Source of the DNA: Candidatus Magasanikiibacteriota bacterium
GTDB taxonomy: Bacteria > Patescibacteriota > Patescibacteriia > Magasanikbacterales > UBA922
Direction: 5' to 3'
Assembly: GCA_052033375.1 (NCBI GenBank)
Contig: JBPOJQ010000013.1
Location: 2,255-66,254 of the forward strand
Length of the DNA stretch: 64,000 nt
Below the pieces are notes generated by a model. That model was given only the letters and a program-made list of their open reading frames with translations, did not search any database and had not been told where the DNA came from. This document shows positions 1 to 10,937 of this stretch, piece by piece. Made by a program: the position numbers and the translations under genes. The stretch's first letter is position 1, and each line of letters opens with the position of its first letter.

Positions 1-3000
1 ACAACCTCTACTCGATGCGAAAATGGAATTTGCACCTGTCCTAAATCCATCCCCACCACGACATTGGTATGGCACGCCAAAATTATAATCAGGGAATCCA
101 AATATTGGCGTCAACAAACTCTGCGTATTAGCCCCTAAAATCTCTGCATTTACGACACTCTGTGGAAGTGAACCATATGGTGCGATTCCGGTGGTCTGCC
201 CTTTGATTACTGAAAGAAGGCCATTTGCAGCCGGCTGATACACACTATGAGCCCACACTCGATCGGTCCACGCTTTATTATTATCCTCCATCAGACTTAC
301 TCGATTATCTACGACAGCACTATATTCGAGACATCGATCTTGCATCTTTGCGATTGTTGCGATTCTAATACCAGTCGCCTCTCCGCCACTATTTTCTGTT
401 GCCATACACCATCGTGCAATATACCCGAGAAATTCACCTTCTGCATTGAAATCCATTCCGATTGCGAGCCAGTTATTTTTTCCCCTCTGTTCACAGCGAA
501 CCTGGAATGGATCACTGAATGCGTCAATTGTATTTACTTCAGCATTCTGAAGTGCAGAAAATTCAACACTGTCGCTTCCAAAAACCACAGAAACATATCT
601 TCGCGCTATTTTATTTCTATCACGCATGTCTTCTGATTCGGGACGATTGTATAATTCCCAAATAAATCCTTCCGGACTAATTCCCGAAGAATCATAATCA
701 CAATATGATAACAATCCATTCACACCGCAACTTTCGCTATCACCTGTACGATTCAATACATACGAAATATTCGTCATGTTTGTCTCAGAATTGGTAACAT
801 TGTACGTATGCTGATCATCCGCTCCTCCGTCAGAGTAGGCTGGTACTGTATTTCGATATACCCGCTGATTTGCTGGGGCATTTTTTAATACACTAAATTC
901 AATCTTGACCTCTGCAGTGAGTAGAGCAGGATTCACCCCCTCTGCCCCATCCGTAAATGCAATTGGTACAAAATGAACACTCTCCAAATCATCCTCACGG
1001 AGCCCAGCTTCGACAACTCCATCTGCATGGATAAATGTATTTGAATCTCTAAAACCAGGGAGTAACCCTATTTCAGGCGAGAATGCCATGGTCCCAATTT
1101 TTCCAATCTCCTCACTCCCTGCGTTCATATAATATTCACCGATATGTGAATACCCACTCGAATTTTGTGTTGCACTAAATTTCCGTGGTGGATGCATCAA
1201 TACGCCCGTATCCTCTTCCAACAAATTACCACCACTACCCACAATCTCGGTAACCAGAGGCGCAAATGAATACACTTCTTTCCCCACCCCACCAAGATCT
1301 TCTGAATAATCTACTCGATCACCGCCCTTGGTATCCAGACGAAGCACACGCGCAGAAGGTCCAATATTTTTCCAACTCCATGCCTGGATTGCACGATACA
1401 CTTTCATTTTTTCAGTCGGGCCAGTACCAGTATCACTCATTAAATTACGGTAGACGCTCGTACCCCGATCGACTCGATAATTAGTCTGATTATCTATATC
1501 AAATACCTCACGATACTCAACACCACTATACAATGGTCGTGTAGATATCTGATCGATTGATGTCAGATTCGACCCAATAAATGTTCCCAAATTAACCAAG
1601 CTATTAAGTGATGTGTCATAATACCCTGCACCACGATTCGTGCTCTCCGTGCAATACGCATGTCCTCCACCAAGTGGTGAATCGTATGCCTGTACAGGAT
1701 AATACCCTGCCTGAGGATCAAGATTATTCAAATCCACTGCCGAAGCCGACACTTGAATTGGAAGCCACGTAAGACATGCAAATGCTTCATGCAGTCGAGC
1801 AGTCGCTTTTGAGGTGCCAAGTGGACGACTAAAATCATATTCAATACAAAGTCCTTTCTGTCCCACATATGTCCCACGCTGTTTTATCGTACTACATACA
1901 CCACCCACTCCACACTCAGTAGTGCTCGCGCATGGATTTCCATCACTGTCCCCACCAGTACAAATTCCTGGTGCAACCAATTCAGCGTCTGATGTCGCCC
2001 AATAGTCTACCACTCCATTCTTATATTCAACTTTGACATATTCACATGAACAATCTTCAGATGCACTGCCTGGCTGGCATACATTCGCTCGTTCATACAA
2101 TTCTTTTTTCTCAGTGAAATCTACTCGTGAAAATTCACCATTTTCTTTTACATCACTTTCATTTAGATCGCGTACGGCAATTTCAATCGAGAACGGACTT
2201 GTCTGTTCTGGATACGACTTACAAATTCCTGGCTGCAGCTGCTTCAACATATTCTGAATATTTGACGCAACTGCCGCATCGCTCGTCCCTGCTGCTGGAG
2301 TGAATGTGAATGTACCCTCAATCGGATAAATGCACCGCTCACGGTAGCATCGTCCACCATTATCAAATCCACACACAGCGCCATCGCTTTTTACATACGT
2401 CACACCTTCGCTAGTGTTTGTAGTTTCACGACATCCACGTGCCTCGTCTTCAGTAAAGAAACTATGGCTCATTTCATACCCCATGTATGCTTCCTTTCTA
2501 CCATCAAACAAAAGATATACAAAATTACTTGGATTGTACATGTTGAAGAATGAATAACCAGAATATTCCGTCGCGTTCCACCCTATATCGCGGGAAATAT
2601 ATTTTTCTTCCGTCATTCGAGAATTATCGAGTGTTGCATTTATCCGTTCAATACATTCTCCGGTTGGCCCAAATTTGCGACATCCCACATATTGCTGACA
2701 CAATACCTGTTTGTTTCCATTTTCATCAGTAACTGTAATCGAACTACCACATGCCAGCCATTCACTACACTGTCTATCACGATCTACTTTGAGCAGAATA
2801 TTCGCATCTAAATTCCCTGTAATTACAGGAGTGACCAGGCTATCTTGCGGATTCGCGCTTCGGCTCGCCTGATATGATGCTGACGTATTGTATACCTTAT
2901 CCAAATCTTCGGTCATGTCGAACAATACACATCCTTCTTTTTGACTCACTTTCCCCTGACACTGTGCAACACCCTCTGTCAGTCGATCATTCATGAGTAC

Positions 3001-6000
3001 GTAGTACGATTTGCCATTAGGTGTCGCTGGTGTAATTGCTGAACGATCTACCAATTCAGTACATCCATTATATGCACTTTCACACACACCCACCGCACCT
3101 TGATATTGCTGACTTCCTTGCGAATGAATACCATACTCATTTCCTGCATTAAGATACGTCGGATCACACGGAATAATACCAATATCAATACATTGGCCAT
3201 TACTGCCACACTCAGAATTGGTCCGACATTCCTGATTGCCCACGCTACACCGCCCAGTATCTCTAAACCATCCACTGTACGTCTGTGCCGAAGACCCTGA
3301 GCCGAGCGTCACCTTATCTTTGTATACACACTGTCCATTTCCGCTGTACTTAGGATCCTTGAAATACACCAGTGAATTATCATTTTTAAATGCCGCGCAC
3401 CCCACCTCATTACCTGTACACAATGTATCACCATAGATACGAGGATCATTCTTGATAAATACGTCTTGATAGCTATACGCATTCGCATTATCGGTATTTA
3501 CATTTTTTGTCTCAAGACCGACACGTGTACAAGCAAGATTTTCTTCCTGACATAAAAATTGATTTTGTGCTGCAAGATAAATCAAATCAGAGTCTTCCTT
3601 CACAACAACACTTGATTCATCAATAAATAGTTTATCTGAATTATCAACCGCACATGATCCATTAATCGAGATACACCTGCCGGACGTACCCGCAAAACTA
3701 CCCGATGTAATAGAGGCGTGTGTTGCCGCAGGTGGAATCACCACTGGATTTTGCACTCGGCATTCTCTTTCCCCTTTTGCAACCATACATGTATACGTTG
3801 CCGACACTCCAAGAGATTCAGTTAGAGTGACTGAGCACGGCGTCTGATTGGTGACAGTAGTCGATTTTCGACAAACCACACCATAGGCCTGCTTTTCTTC
3901 AGGTCGCACTCCAGATACAGTATTTTGCGTATCTACCAACGCACGACACCCCACGGCCTCCTCACGACACAATCGATCAAAACCAGTCAATGCAAAAGTT
4001 TGTCCATCGTTTCTTGTATATTCACGACATCCCAGATGTTCTCCAGGCAACCCATTATTCGGTGTGGAATCGCATGCGAGCGAAACCTCATACCCCTCTC
4101 CTGTACGCCATGAATTTTTTATGAGGAACACATGATCACTCGCGGTGCCACCAATTTGCACAAATTCGATATTGTCGAGAAAGAATACTTGATTCGATCC
4201 TTGTGTATTAAAATACAATTGTGTCTGCTTGGTACTATCCCCCGTAAACTGTACAGGTCCCACTCGGTATTCTTGCCACTGTGTTCCAATAGACACAGGC
4301 ACGTTGCTATTTGACGCAGGGTCGAATGTAAATGCATTTCCAATCTGTGCACCATCCTGACTAAATCCAATTGATAATTCAAAGGATGCATTACCCCGTG
4401 CCCAAAAACGAATCTCATACCAGGCACCTGGCTGCAATTTCCCTGATTCAAACGTATAATTCGTGCTTTGAGCATTTACCCGAAGTGAATGTAACCCTAC
4501 TTGCAAGGACTCTGCCTCAATTGACGTGTTTCCAAACCACCCAAGCTTTGCTTGATTGATTGCCCCAGCTGAGGTATCTGATGGTTCGAATCCAAAATTA
4601 GCAACTTCATACAAATTATTTCCCGTATTTCCAATATAAGATCTACATCCATTCGCACTCACAGGACAACTCGTTGCCTCTGCTTTAATCGATTGGTACA
4701 CACACGAGCCAATTCCTTCGGCGTTTAATTCATATCTTCCTCCGGATGCACATCTCTTACATTGACTATTTCCCCATACCCCACCTTTTGCTTCACATAG
4801 AGATGCGCCACCATTTTCTGCAGTAATATTAGTATCTACCACCAATTCTGAATTTGTTTTTCGAAGTGGCGAGCATGAATTTGATACTGTCACCGTATTT
4901 CTAAATACTCGATAAAAAATTTCTCCATTAGCATTATACAAAGCTCGACAATCAGGATCAGCAGCACGAGGATCATTTTGAGTATTATTTAATAAAATAT
5001 TATAAGATTCTTGATTACACTGATCATAATTACTCTGCATGACTGTTTTTACATCTTCCACATAGATTGGAGAGCCTACTGGAAATACAGTCGCAACTGA
5101 ATCACTCGTCTTGTAATTGAGCCCGAGTCCTGCAATATATTCAGCATCTGATTGAGTGATTGGTAATAACGTGTTTCGTCTCAATTGATACCCCTGACTC
5201 TCTGAACCTTCCCATGAGTAAAATACTCCGCTGTTGTTGCCATTCGGACGTTCACAGCGCTTGAGTGATGTGTAATATTCGAGTGACTCACCTCCCGCAT
5301 TTGCAGCATCAATATTCGTAAATTCATCACATCCTACCTGAAGCGCAGAACATGTTCTCCCACTCCCAGCAATGAAATGTAGCGGGAATTTGGTAGATTC
5401 AAACGCAGTCGCTTCTTGCTTGAATGTCTCATACCCCACACACTGTGTCGGACAGCTGTTGCCCCCAATAATACCAGCAACTGATGCACCACCACTCTTG
5501 GGTCGATACTCATCGCATCCCACTTCCTCTGCAGTACATGCACTTGCAAATTGCGAACATGATGCTGATTTTTGTTCTTCCAGTTTTACTATCTCTGCTT
5601 GTGTTTTTGGCCATTCAATGGTCTGCGGTGTTGTCACATCAGTATCGTAACACTGTAGATATTCAGGCGCTTTTTTCAAAAATACTTTTGCATCATCGCT
5701 TGAACTATCATTAACGAGTGGATCCATAAACAGAGAACATCCCTCAGCAGACGCAGGACATTGTGCGCTCAATGTGAAATGGATCGCCTGTGTGCGACCA
5801 GCAAATGCTAATACAGGATCCGCACTTGCAGAAGGAGTCCAGGTATTTCCTACCTTTTCCATACTATACGACCGGCAACCAATTGAATCTGCACTACATG
5901 ACTGTGTATCAAGCGTACGGGACAAATATGATCCTACCTGCCCACTCTCTACTGACACATACGTCTTACATGTATTAAACTGTGGTTCACAGGACTCTCC

Positions 6001-7644
6001 AGGCATGCTCCACATATTCTCTTCTTTGGTACAGTATCCAAATCCCGTACACTGACCATTTTCGTCAGTTTGTAGACAGGTAGAAAAATCTACACACTCC
6101 TCACGTCTATTTGCAGCAGATTCAGTCAGAAGTTCTGGGCCAGACACACGTGCCTCACAACGCGCTTCAGGTGACTTGAGTATCCAATTCGGATCGATCA
6201 ATTTGCAATATGGATACGCTGGACTCGGTTTACCACTAGGGTCGCACGCATTAAATCCGTCGACGACATCGCCAAGTGTCCATGGATTATCTGGACTTGA
6301 TTTTCGAACCGCAATTTCAAATCCGAGCGGTAAAATACGCGCTTTTCTTAATTTTTCCACATTCGAGATACAGTACGCTGAGCTATGACAATACTGTAAA
6401 TTAGTATTATCGGCAGTGCGCGCTTCTGGAATCAACGGCCAGTTTGGGTGGAGTAAATTCTGTTCCAGCGCTTCGGCAATAGTCATTGGTGTTTCTACTC
6501 GTGCGCGTTCAAGTGCCTGGACCAGTCCTGAATCCATGACACAATTATTCAATCCTGGATTATTTCCACACGTGCTAAATTCCGTCACCACGTCATACGC
6601 GGTCAATGGTCGCTGAGGGACGCTTGCAATTAAATAAGAAAATGCCTGTTCTGCAATCTGACGATTACTATTTACATTCGATGCATAAAAATCACCCACA
6701 GATGAAGGATCGCCTTTGCTCGGGAACAAGCCTTTTTCAACCACATTCTGAAGTAACGAATTTACTAATGTATTTGCAAAAACCGAGAGTGCCATCGGCA
6801 GAATTTGGACTGCACCTGCTCCATAAATTCCTGCGATTTGTTCAGTATTTAATTTGGTTTGAGCTGAAGCAGTCAATTGATTTTTTGTTTCAGTACTGAT
6901 TATTTGCGCAGGTGTTTTGATATCATCTGAAATCAATCCTGACACTGCTTTGAATCCTTCTCCTTCAAGTCGCTGTAGCTGAGCTGATAATTGTTTTTCA
7001 GCCACTAGCGTGTCTACTTTTCCCAAAATACCAAGCGCAACTCCAATATCTCCCTGAGATGTTTTGAGTGAGGCATTGAAATTTTCGAGTAAATTTCGAT
7101 CACCAATGACACTTTCTCTTGCGTTATCCCAATTTTCTTTAAACTGATTATATGTACAGTTGGGCGTAGGTCCCTCGACTGTGCGATTTAATTCATTTTC
7201 AAAAATATTTGAAATACTCACCTGTAGCCCAATCTGCATTCGGATATCTGGGGGTTTACAGATGTTCAAACCAAACGGTTTTCCCAATTCATCAAGCGCA
7301 TCAAATGCACTGTCTGCTGCAACAGTTCCCAAATATTCTCCGAAACCTTCCTGGAACGCTAGTGCCCCCTGTCCTTTTCCACCTGATGCGACATATTTTG
7401 CCGTATCATAGGCAACCTTACGCATAAAATAAGACACACCGTTGACCAGAGCACCCAATCCAGCCGCAAGCAGTGAATCTCCGATATTATCAGTGACATT
7501 TCTGATACCCTGATTGACATCAACCATACCCGCTCGTACAGGGGTCGGACGGAATATATTAAAGCCAAAGATACTCACTGACACCACAATTGCAAGTACT
7601 GTCAATGTGGAGTATTTACGTGTCTTTTGTGATAGGAAAAACAT
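1..7644 (-). CDS. Giant Cys-rich secreted/surface protein, N-terminal 2548 aa in window, C-terminus continues beyond position 1. It has an N-terminal signal/TM anchor, many Cys-rich modules and an internal jelly-roll/CBM-like domain.
   Basis: I translated the frame by hand from ATG (7644..7642) to position 1 and saw no in-frame stop. The N-terminus MFFLSQKTRKYSTLTVLAIVVSVSIF has a hydrophobic anchor. Cys content is high, with many CxC/CxxC spacings. The segment YEVANFGFEPSD...WYEIRFWARG...FLDNIEFVQIGG resembles CBM/laminin-G-like beta-sandwich domains. All listed ORFs in 1..7600 lie in other frames, as expected for shadow ORFs. Confidence 0.85.
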   Translation of the reverse strand, partial: MFFLSQKTRKYSTLTVLAIVVSVSIFGFNIFRPTPVRAGMVDVNQGIRNVTDNIGDSLLAAGLGALVNGVSYFMRKVAYDTAKYVASGGKGQGALAFQEGFGEYLGTVAADSAFDALDELGKPFGLNICKPPDIRMQIGLQVSISNIFENELNRTVEGPTPNCTYNQFKENWDNARESVIGDRNLLENFNASLKTSQGDIGVALGILGKVDTLVAEKQLSAQLQRLEGEGFKAVSGLISDDIKTPAQIISTETKNQLTASAQTKLNTEQIAGIYGAGAVQILPMALSVFANTLVNSLLQNVVEKGLFPSKGDPSSVGDFYASNVNSNRQIAEQAFSYLIASVPQRPLTAYDVVTEFSTCGNNPGLNNCVMDSGLVQALERARVETPMTIAEALEQNLLHPNWPLIPEARTADNTNLQYCHSSAYCISNVEKLRKARILPLGFEIAVRKSSPDNPWTLGDVVDGFNACDPSGKPSPAYPYCKLIDPNWILKSPEARCEARVSGPELLTESAANRREECVDFSTCLQTDENGQCTGFGYCTKEENMWSMPGESCEPQFNTCKTYVSVESGQVGSYLSRTLDTQSCSADSIGCRSYSMEKVGNTWTPSASADPVLAFAGRTQAIHFTLSAQCPASAEGCSLFMDPLVNDSSSDDAKVFLKKAPEYLQCYDTDVTTPQTIEWPKTQAEIVKLEEQKSASCSQFASACTAEEVGCDEYRPKSGGASVAGIIGGNSCPTQCVGYETFKQEATAFESTKFPLHFIAGSGRTCSALQVGCDEFTNIDAANAGGESLEYYTSLKRCERPNGNNSGVFYSWEGSESQGYQLRRNTLLPITQSDAEYIAGLGLNYKTSDSVATVFPVGSPIYVEDVKTVMQSNYDQCNQESYNILLNNTQNDPRAADPDCRALYNANGEIFYRVFRNTVTVSNSCSPLRKTNSELVVDTNITAENGGASLCEAKGGVWGNSQCKRCASGGRYELNAEGIGSCVYQSIKAEATSCPVSANGCRSYIGNTGNNLYEVANFGFEPSDTSAGAINQAKLGWFGNTSIEAESLQVGLHSLRVNAQSTNYTFESGKLQPGAWYEIRFWARGNASFELSIGFSQDGAQIGNAFTFDPASNSNVPVSIGTQWQEYRVGPVQFTGDSTKQTQLYFNTQGSNQVFFLDNIEFVQIGGTASDHVFLIKNSWRTGEGYEVSLACDSTPNNGLPGEHLGCREYTRNDGQTFALTGFDRLCREEAVGCRALVDTQNTVSGVRPEEKQAYGVVCRKSTTVTNQTPCSVTLTESLGVSATYTCMVAKGERECRVQNPVVIPPAATHASITSGSFAGTSGRCISINGSCAVDNSDKLFIDESSVVVKEDSDLIYLAAQNQFLCQEENLACTRVGLETKNVNTDNANAYSYQDVFIKNDPRIYGDTLCTGNEVGCAAFKNDNSLVYFKDPKYSGNGQCVYKDKVTLGSGSSAQTYSGWFRDTGRCSVGNQECRTNSECGSNGQCIDIGIIPCDPTYLNAGNEYGIHSQGSQQYQGAVGVCESAYNGCTELVDRSAITPATPNGKSYYVLMNDRLTEGVAQCQGKVSQKEGCVLFDMTEDLDKVYNTSASYQASRSANPQDSLVTPVITGNLDANILLKVDRDRQCSEWLACGSSITVTDENGNKQVLCQQYVGCRKFGPTGECIERINATLDNSRMTEEKYISRDIGWNATEYSGYSFFNMYNPSNFVYLLFDGRKEAYMGYEMSHSFFTEDEARGCRETTNTSEGVTYVKSDGAVCGFDNGGRCYRERCIYPIEGTFTFTPAAGTSDAAVASNIQNMLKQLQPGICKSYPEQTSPFSIEIAVRDLNESDVKENGEFSRVDFTEKKELYERANVCQPGSASEDCSCEYVKVEYKNGVVDYWATSDAELVAPGICTGGDSDGNPCASTTECGVGGVCSTIKQRGTYVGQKGLCIEYDFSRPLGTSKATARLHEAFACLTWLPIQVSASAVDLNNLDPQAGYYPVQAYDSPLGGGHAYCTESTNRGAGYYDTSLNSLVNLGTFIGSNLTSIDQISTRPLYSGVEYREVFDIDNQTNYRVDRGTSVYRNLMSDTGTGPTEKMKVYRAIQAWSWKNIGPSARVLRLDTKGGDRVDYSEDLGGVGKEVYSFAPLVTEIVGSGGNLLEEDTGVLMHPPRKFSATQNSSGYSHIGEYYMNAGSEEIGKIGTMAFSPEIGLLPGFRDSNTFIHADGVVEAGLREDDLESVHFVPIAFTDGAEGVNPALLTAEVKIEFSVLKNAPANQRVYRNTVPAYSDGGADDQHTYNVTNSETNMTNISYVLNRTGDSESCGVNGLLSYCDYDSSGISPEGFIWELYNRPESEDMRDRNKIARRYVSVVFGSDSVEFSALQNAEVNTIDAFSDPFQVRCEQRGKNNWLAIGMDFNAEGEFLGYIARWCMATENSGGEATGIRIATIAKMQDRCLEYSAVVDNRVSLMEDNNKAWTDRVWAHSVYQPAANGLLSVIKGQTTGIAPYGSLPQSVVNAEILGANTQSLLTPIFGFPDYNFGVPYQCRGGDGFRTGANSIFASSRGC

Positions 7645-7646
7645 AG

Positions 7647-8309
7647 TTATTGATCAGTCGTAGTCGCTGATTTATTTTGTAGCGCACTATATTCAGTTAT
7701 CATTTCTTCTGCCAATTGTTTGAGTGTGGCATCATCAATTTTTTCCAATTCTTCTTTTGAAATTTTTCCTGTATTCAGAATCAGCTGTCGTAGCTGCGCC
7801 GGATCTCTCAAAATCATTGCGACTGCTTCTGGATCGATTGCACCGCCACTCACATTTCCGAGCTGGCTTTGAAGTAAAATTTCACTTGGTGAAACAGCAC
7901 TCTCAAGCAAGGGAGATTCGGGCGAATTTTCTTCGCCTGTTCCTGCGCCAAATTCGTTTTCACACATCTGCCCTTCTGGACAGAGCGGATTAGTACCTTC
8001 TGATATCTCAGTCGCGTCAGTACGTTTATCACTATCTGTGTCAGGAAGATACGGACTCGTATTGAAATCGTAAATTTCTTCATAATCAGACAACGTGTCT
8101 TTATCCGTATCAATACTCTGGAGTCTGACCGTCTCGCTATATTCTCCTAGCTGTAAATCAGGCGTCTGCTGTCTCACGGTGAATCTCCCATATACAGTAT
8201 TTCTCAGATGCAAAAAACTAAACGAAAAAGTCACTAAAGCAAATATAAGCAAAGAAATAAATCCTGCTTTTTGCGCGGAATCGAGTTGTCGAGGCTCCGA
8301 CGAATTCAT
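7647..8309 (-). CDS. Small membrane-anchored acidic protein with Asp-rich, thrombospondin-type-3-like Ca-binding repeats, co-transcribed immediately upstream of the giant gene
   Basis: 220 aa ORF. It has an N-terminal TM (FISLLIFALVTFSFSFL) and the repeats DTDKDTLSDYEE and DTDSDKRTD. Its TAA stop is 2 nt from the giant gene's ATG. A TTGTGA-17-TATACT promoter-like sequence lies upstream at about 8325..8360 (minus strand). Confidence 0.75.
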   Translation of the reverse strand: MNSSEPRQLDSAQKAGFISLLIFALVTFSFSFLHLRNTVYGRFTVRQQTPDLQLGEYSETVRLQSIDTDKDTLSDYEEIYDFNTSPYLPDTDSDKRTDATEISEGTNPLCPEGQMCENEFGAGTGEENSPESPLLESAVSPSEILLQSQLGNVSGGAIDPEAVAMILRDPAQLRQLILNTGKISKEELEKIDDATLKQLAEEMITEYSALQNKSATTTDQ

Positions 8310-8370
8310 GAAATCAGAGCTTAAATATCTTTGTACTCAAGTATAGCAAAAAAACACGCTCCTCACAAAA

Positions 8371-9195
8371 TTATCTTGTGAGTAAGTCTGAAAATTTTTC
8401 CCATTGTTCGATTGACAATTCTTCTGCTCTGCTATTTTTATCAAGATTCAAATGTTCGTATATACCTTCAACCGTCTCTTTTGAAAGACCGTAGGCTTCA
8501 ATGACATTGTTGATTAATTTCTTTCTCTTATGATGAAAGCCCGCTTTTACCAACCTAAAAAATGTATCGCTTCCAGGACGTGGTCGGATGTTTTTAATTG
8601 CAATAATCGCTGAGTCTACCTTTGGACTAGGCCAAAACGATCCTCGATGCACCTTCCCGACCATCTGCGGTTTTCCAAAATACTGAATCGATACCGCAAG
8701 AATACTCATCTCCCCCGGTCCTTTGACTATGCGCTCAGCGACTTCTTTTTGTACCATGCAAACGACTTCTGTCGGCGGATTTTTTGACTCAAGAATAATC
8801 TGAAGTGCTTCAGAGGTGATCTGATACGGAAGATTGGCCAATACTTTATATGGGAGACGTTCGGAATCAGTATACTCGCCCCATTGTCGTAATACATTTC
8901 CCCAGACAATTTCTAGCGTAGGATACGCCGCCTCATACGTTTCCCAATATGGTTTGAGTTTCTGTTCAATTTCAAATGCTCGAACTCTCGCACCTGCTTT
9001 CAATAATTCAAATGTCAAAATACCAAACCCAGGACCAATCTCATAGACGACTTCATCAGGCACCACTGCCGCAGCCGTAATCATTTTTTGTATTGGAATT
9101 TCTGAAATCAAATAATTCTGTCCGTATTTTTTACTCGGGGTAAGAGAATACTTTTCGCACAATTGTTTGATTTTGGTTGGAGTCAACAGGCTCAT
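8371..9195 (-). CDS. rsmA: 16S rRNA (adenine1518/1519-N6)-dimethyltransferase
   Basis: 274 aa. The SAM-binding motif EIGPGFGILT and a KsgA-family C-terminal region are present, with length typical for KsgA. Confidence 0.9.
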   Translation of the reverse strand: MSLLTPTKIKQLCEKYSLTPSKKYGQNYLISEIPIQKMITAAAVVPDEVVYEIGPGFGILTFELLKAGARVRAFEIEQKLKPYWETYEAAYPTLEIVWGNVLRQWGEYTDSERLPYKVLANLPYQITSEALQIILESKNPPTEVVCMVQKEVAERIVKGPGEMSILAVSIQYFGKPQMVGKVHRGSFWPSPKVDSAIIAIKNIRPRPGSDTFFRLVKAGFHHKRKKLINNVIEAYGLSKETVEGIYEHLNLDKNSRAEELSIEQWEKFSDLLTR

Positions 9196-9358
9196 AGAAT
9201 GATGATTATACGATTATTTTTGTTTTTGAAGTCTGACAAATACATTTGATTTTTTACCTAATTGCGTATACTCACCTTTCCAAATTTCACGTTCATGAAG
9301 ACATGCATATTCCATACCCCTCCCTAATGTATAATGTAATCCCCGATCTTATTATCTT

Positions 9359-9982
9359 TCAATCGTTCAAAATTATCTCTCCTTGTCTCAAAATTATTTT
9401 TGATCCGTCTTCTCCGACTCGGACTACCGTAGACGGGCTATGATGGGCTAGATTCCCTGCGTCAATAATAAGATCAGGTACATGTTCCTGACCATCAAAC
9501 ATCTCGGTGATGTAGCGGATATCGTAGGGATTCGCATATGAACTGATGTTTGCTGAGGTGGAGACAAGCGGTGCGTTCAAATTTTTTGCACAGGCGACTG
9601 CGTAGGGATGATTGGTCACCCGAAATGCCAAGGTATCATCGCTTCCGATTACACCAGGGGCAAGCTCAGCACGATAACGTGGTTGTATGTTTGCAACAAT
9701 TGTCAAAGGTCCTGGCCAATAGGTGCGCGCCAATTCATCAATTGTTTCATTCCATTCTACATACCTCATAGCAACCGAGACATCATGTACCAATACCAAC
9801 ACAGGTTTACCTGACTCTCGGACCTTGATTTTGAACACATTCTCAACCGCCTTTGCACTTCTTGCATCGCACCCAAGCCCATAACAAGTCTCTGTCGGAT
9901 AGATAATAGTGCCCTCCTCTCTGAGGACGGTGAGGGCTTTTTCTATCGAAAGCGGGTCATGTATTGATACAATACGCAACAT
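9359..9982 (-). CDS. tsaC: L-threonylcarbamoyladenylate synthase (YrdC/TsaC family)
   Basis: 207 aa. YrdC-domain motifs are present (YPTETCYGLGCDA, SANISS). It is a single-domain TsaC rather than Sua5. Confidence 0.85.
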   Translation of the reverse strand: MLRIVSIHDPLSIEKALTVLREEGTIIYPTETCYGLGCDARSAKAVENVFKIKVRESGKPVLVLVHDVSVAMRYVEWNETIDELARTYWPGPLTIVANIQPRYRAELAPGVIGSDDTLAFRVTNHPYAVACAKNLNAPLVSTSANISSYANPYDIRYITEMFDGQEHVPDLIIDAGNLAHHSPSTVVRVGEDGSKIILRQGEIILND

Positions 9983-10121
9983 ATGCTGTAAGCATAGCGT
10001 AGTTGTATGGTATATGCAATATATAGAAAGGGCTTGATTTTTTTTCTTAATTATCGTATACTATAGCTATATTTCATCGAATTACCCGATGGTACTTATT
10101 TCTTAATATACTAACCTGTAT

Positions 10122-10337
10122 ATGGGACTTCCCTCAAAACGTCGCACCAAACGTTCACAACGAGAACGCCGAGCACACCACGCATTATCAAAAGTTCATG
10201 TAACATATGATGCTGATGGCAATCCTCAGCTCCCTCACCGTGCAAATAAAACGACTGGTGCATACAAAGGAAAAACTGTAGTTGACACTACCAAACGAAA
10301 AGCACGATACGCTCGCGCACACAAAGCCGCTAAATAA
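10122..10337 (+). CDS. rpmF: 50S ribosomal protein L32
   Basis: N-terminus [19 protein letters not shown] matches the L32 signature (KRRxSKSRRDxRRxHxAL), on a small basic protein. Confidence 0.85.
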   Translation: MGLPSKRRTKRSQRERRAHHALSKVHVTYDADGNPQLPHRANKTTGAYKGKTVVDTTKRKARYARAHKAAK

Positions 10338-10344
10338 TTACGGT

Positions 10345-10821
10345 ATGTCCAAACGCCACCTCGCCCGATCAATCGCCATGCAGACACTCTACCAATGGGA
10401 TTTTCGAGGCAACCCTTCTTCTGCTATCCCTGCAATCATCGCAGAAACAATGCATGAATTTGGCGTCGGACTCGAAGAGCATGGACAATTCGTAGAATCT
10501 CTTATTGATGGTGTCATTGAACACCAAAAAGAGATCGATCAATACATTGCAAAATACGCCATACATTGGTCAGTCGAACAGATGACACTCGTCGATCGTA
10601 ATATTTTGCGTATTGGTATTTATGAAATTCTTCATAGTACTGCTGATGTCCCACCCAAAGTGGCAATCAACGAAGCCATCGAACTTGCAAAAAATTATGG
10701 CGGACCATCTTCAGGAAAATTTGTTAATGGAATTCTCGGGGCTCTCTACAAAGATCTTGTTGCTGAAGGTATTGTCGTAGAAACCCCGCAAAATCCAGCT
10801 CAAACTGAACACAGTACCTAG
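10345..10821 (+). CDS. nusB: Transcription antitermination factor NusB
   Basis: [20 protein letters not shown] matches the NusB N-terminal motif (ARxxAxQxLYQ). I set the start at the ATG at 10345, after the rpmF stop. The track ORF starting at 10282 overlaps rpmF. Confidence 0.8.
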   Translation: MSKRHLARSIAMQTLYQWDFRGNPSSAIPAIIAETMHEFGVGLEEHGQFVESLIDGVIEHQKEIDQYIAKYAIHWSVEQMTLVDRNILRIGIYEILHSTADVPPKVAINEAIELAKNYGGPSSGKFVNGILGALYKDLVAEGIVVETPQNPAQTEHST

Positions 10822-10937
10822 CGGGCATACTCCTCAATTCAATTACATTACACTAAATTATACTACTTTACCCAAGTATTCTGCACCGTAGCCGTTTAGA
10901 ATAATTAGGTCAATTAGAACAATTTCGACGCTCCCTT

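Noticed and set aside
247-7568. Numerous 60-130 aa ORFs on both strands across the first 7.6 kb (for example 247..636 +, 4119..4475 -, 5372..5650 +)
   Set aside because: All lie out of frame with, or antisense to, the uninterrupted giant minus-strand reading frame. They are shadow ORFs.
10282-10344. The 10282 start of the nusB ORF
   Set aside because: It overlaps the rpmF coding sequence in another frame. The NusB N-terminal motif begins at the ATG at 10345.
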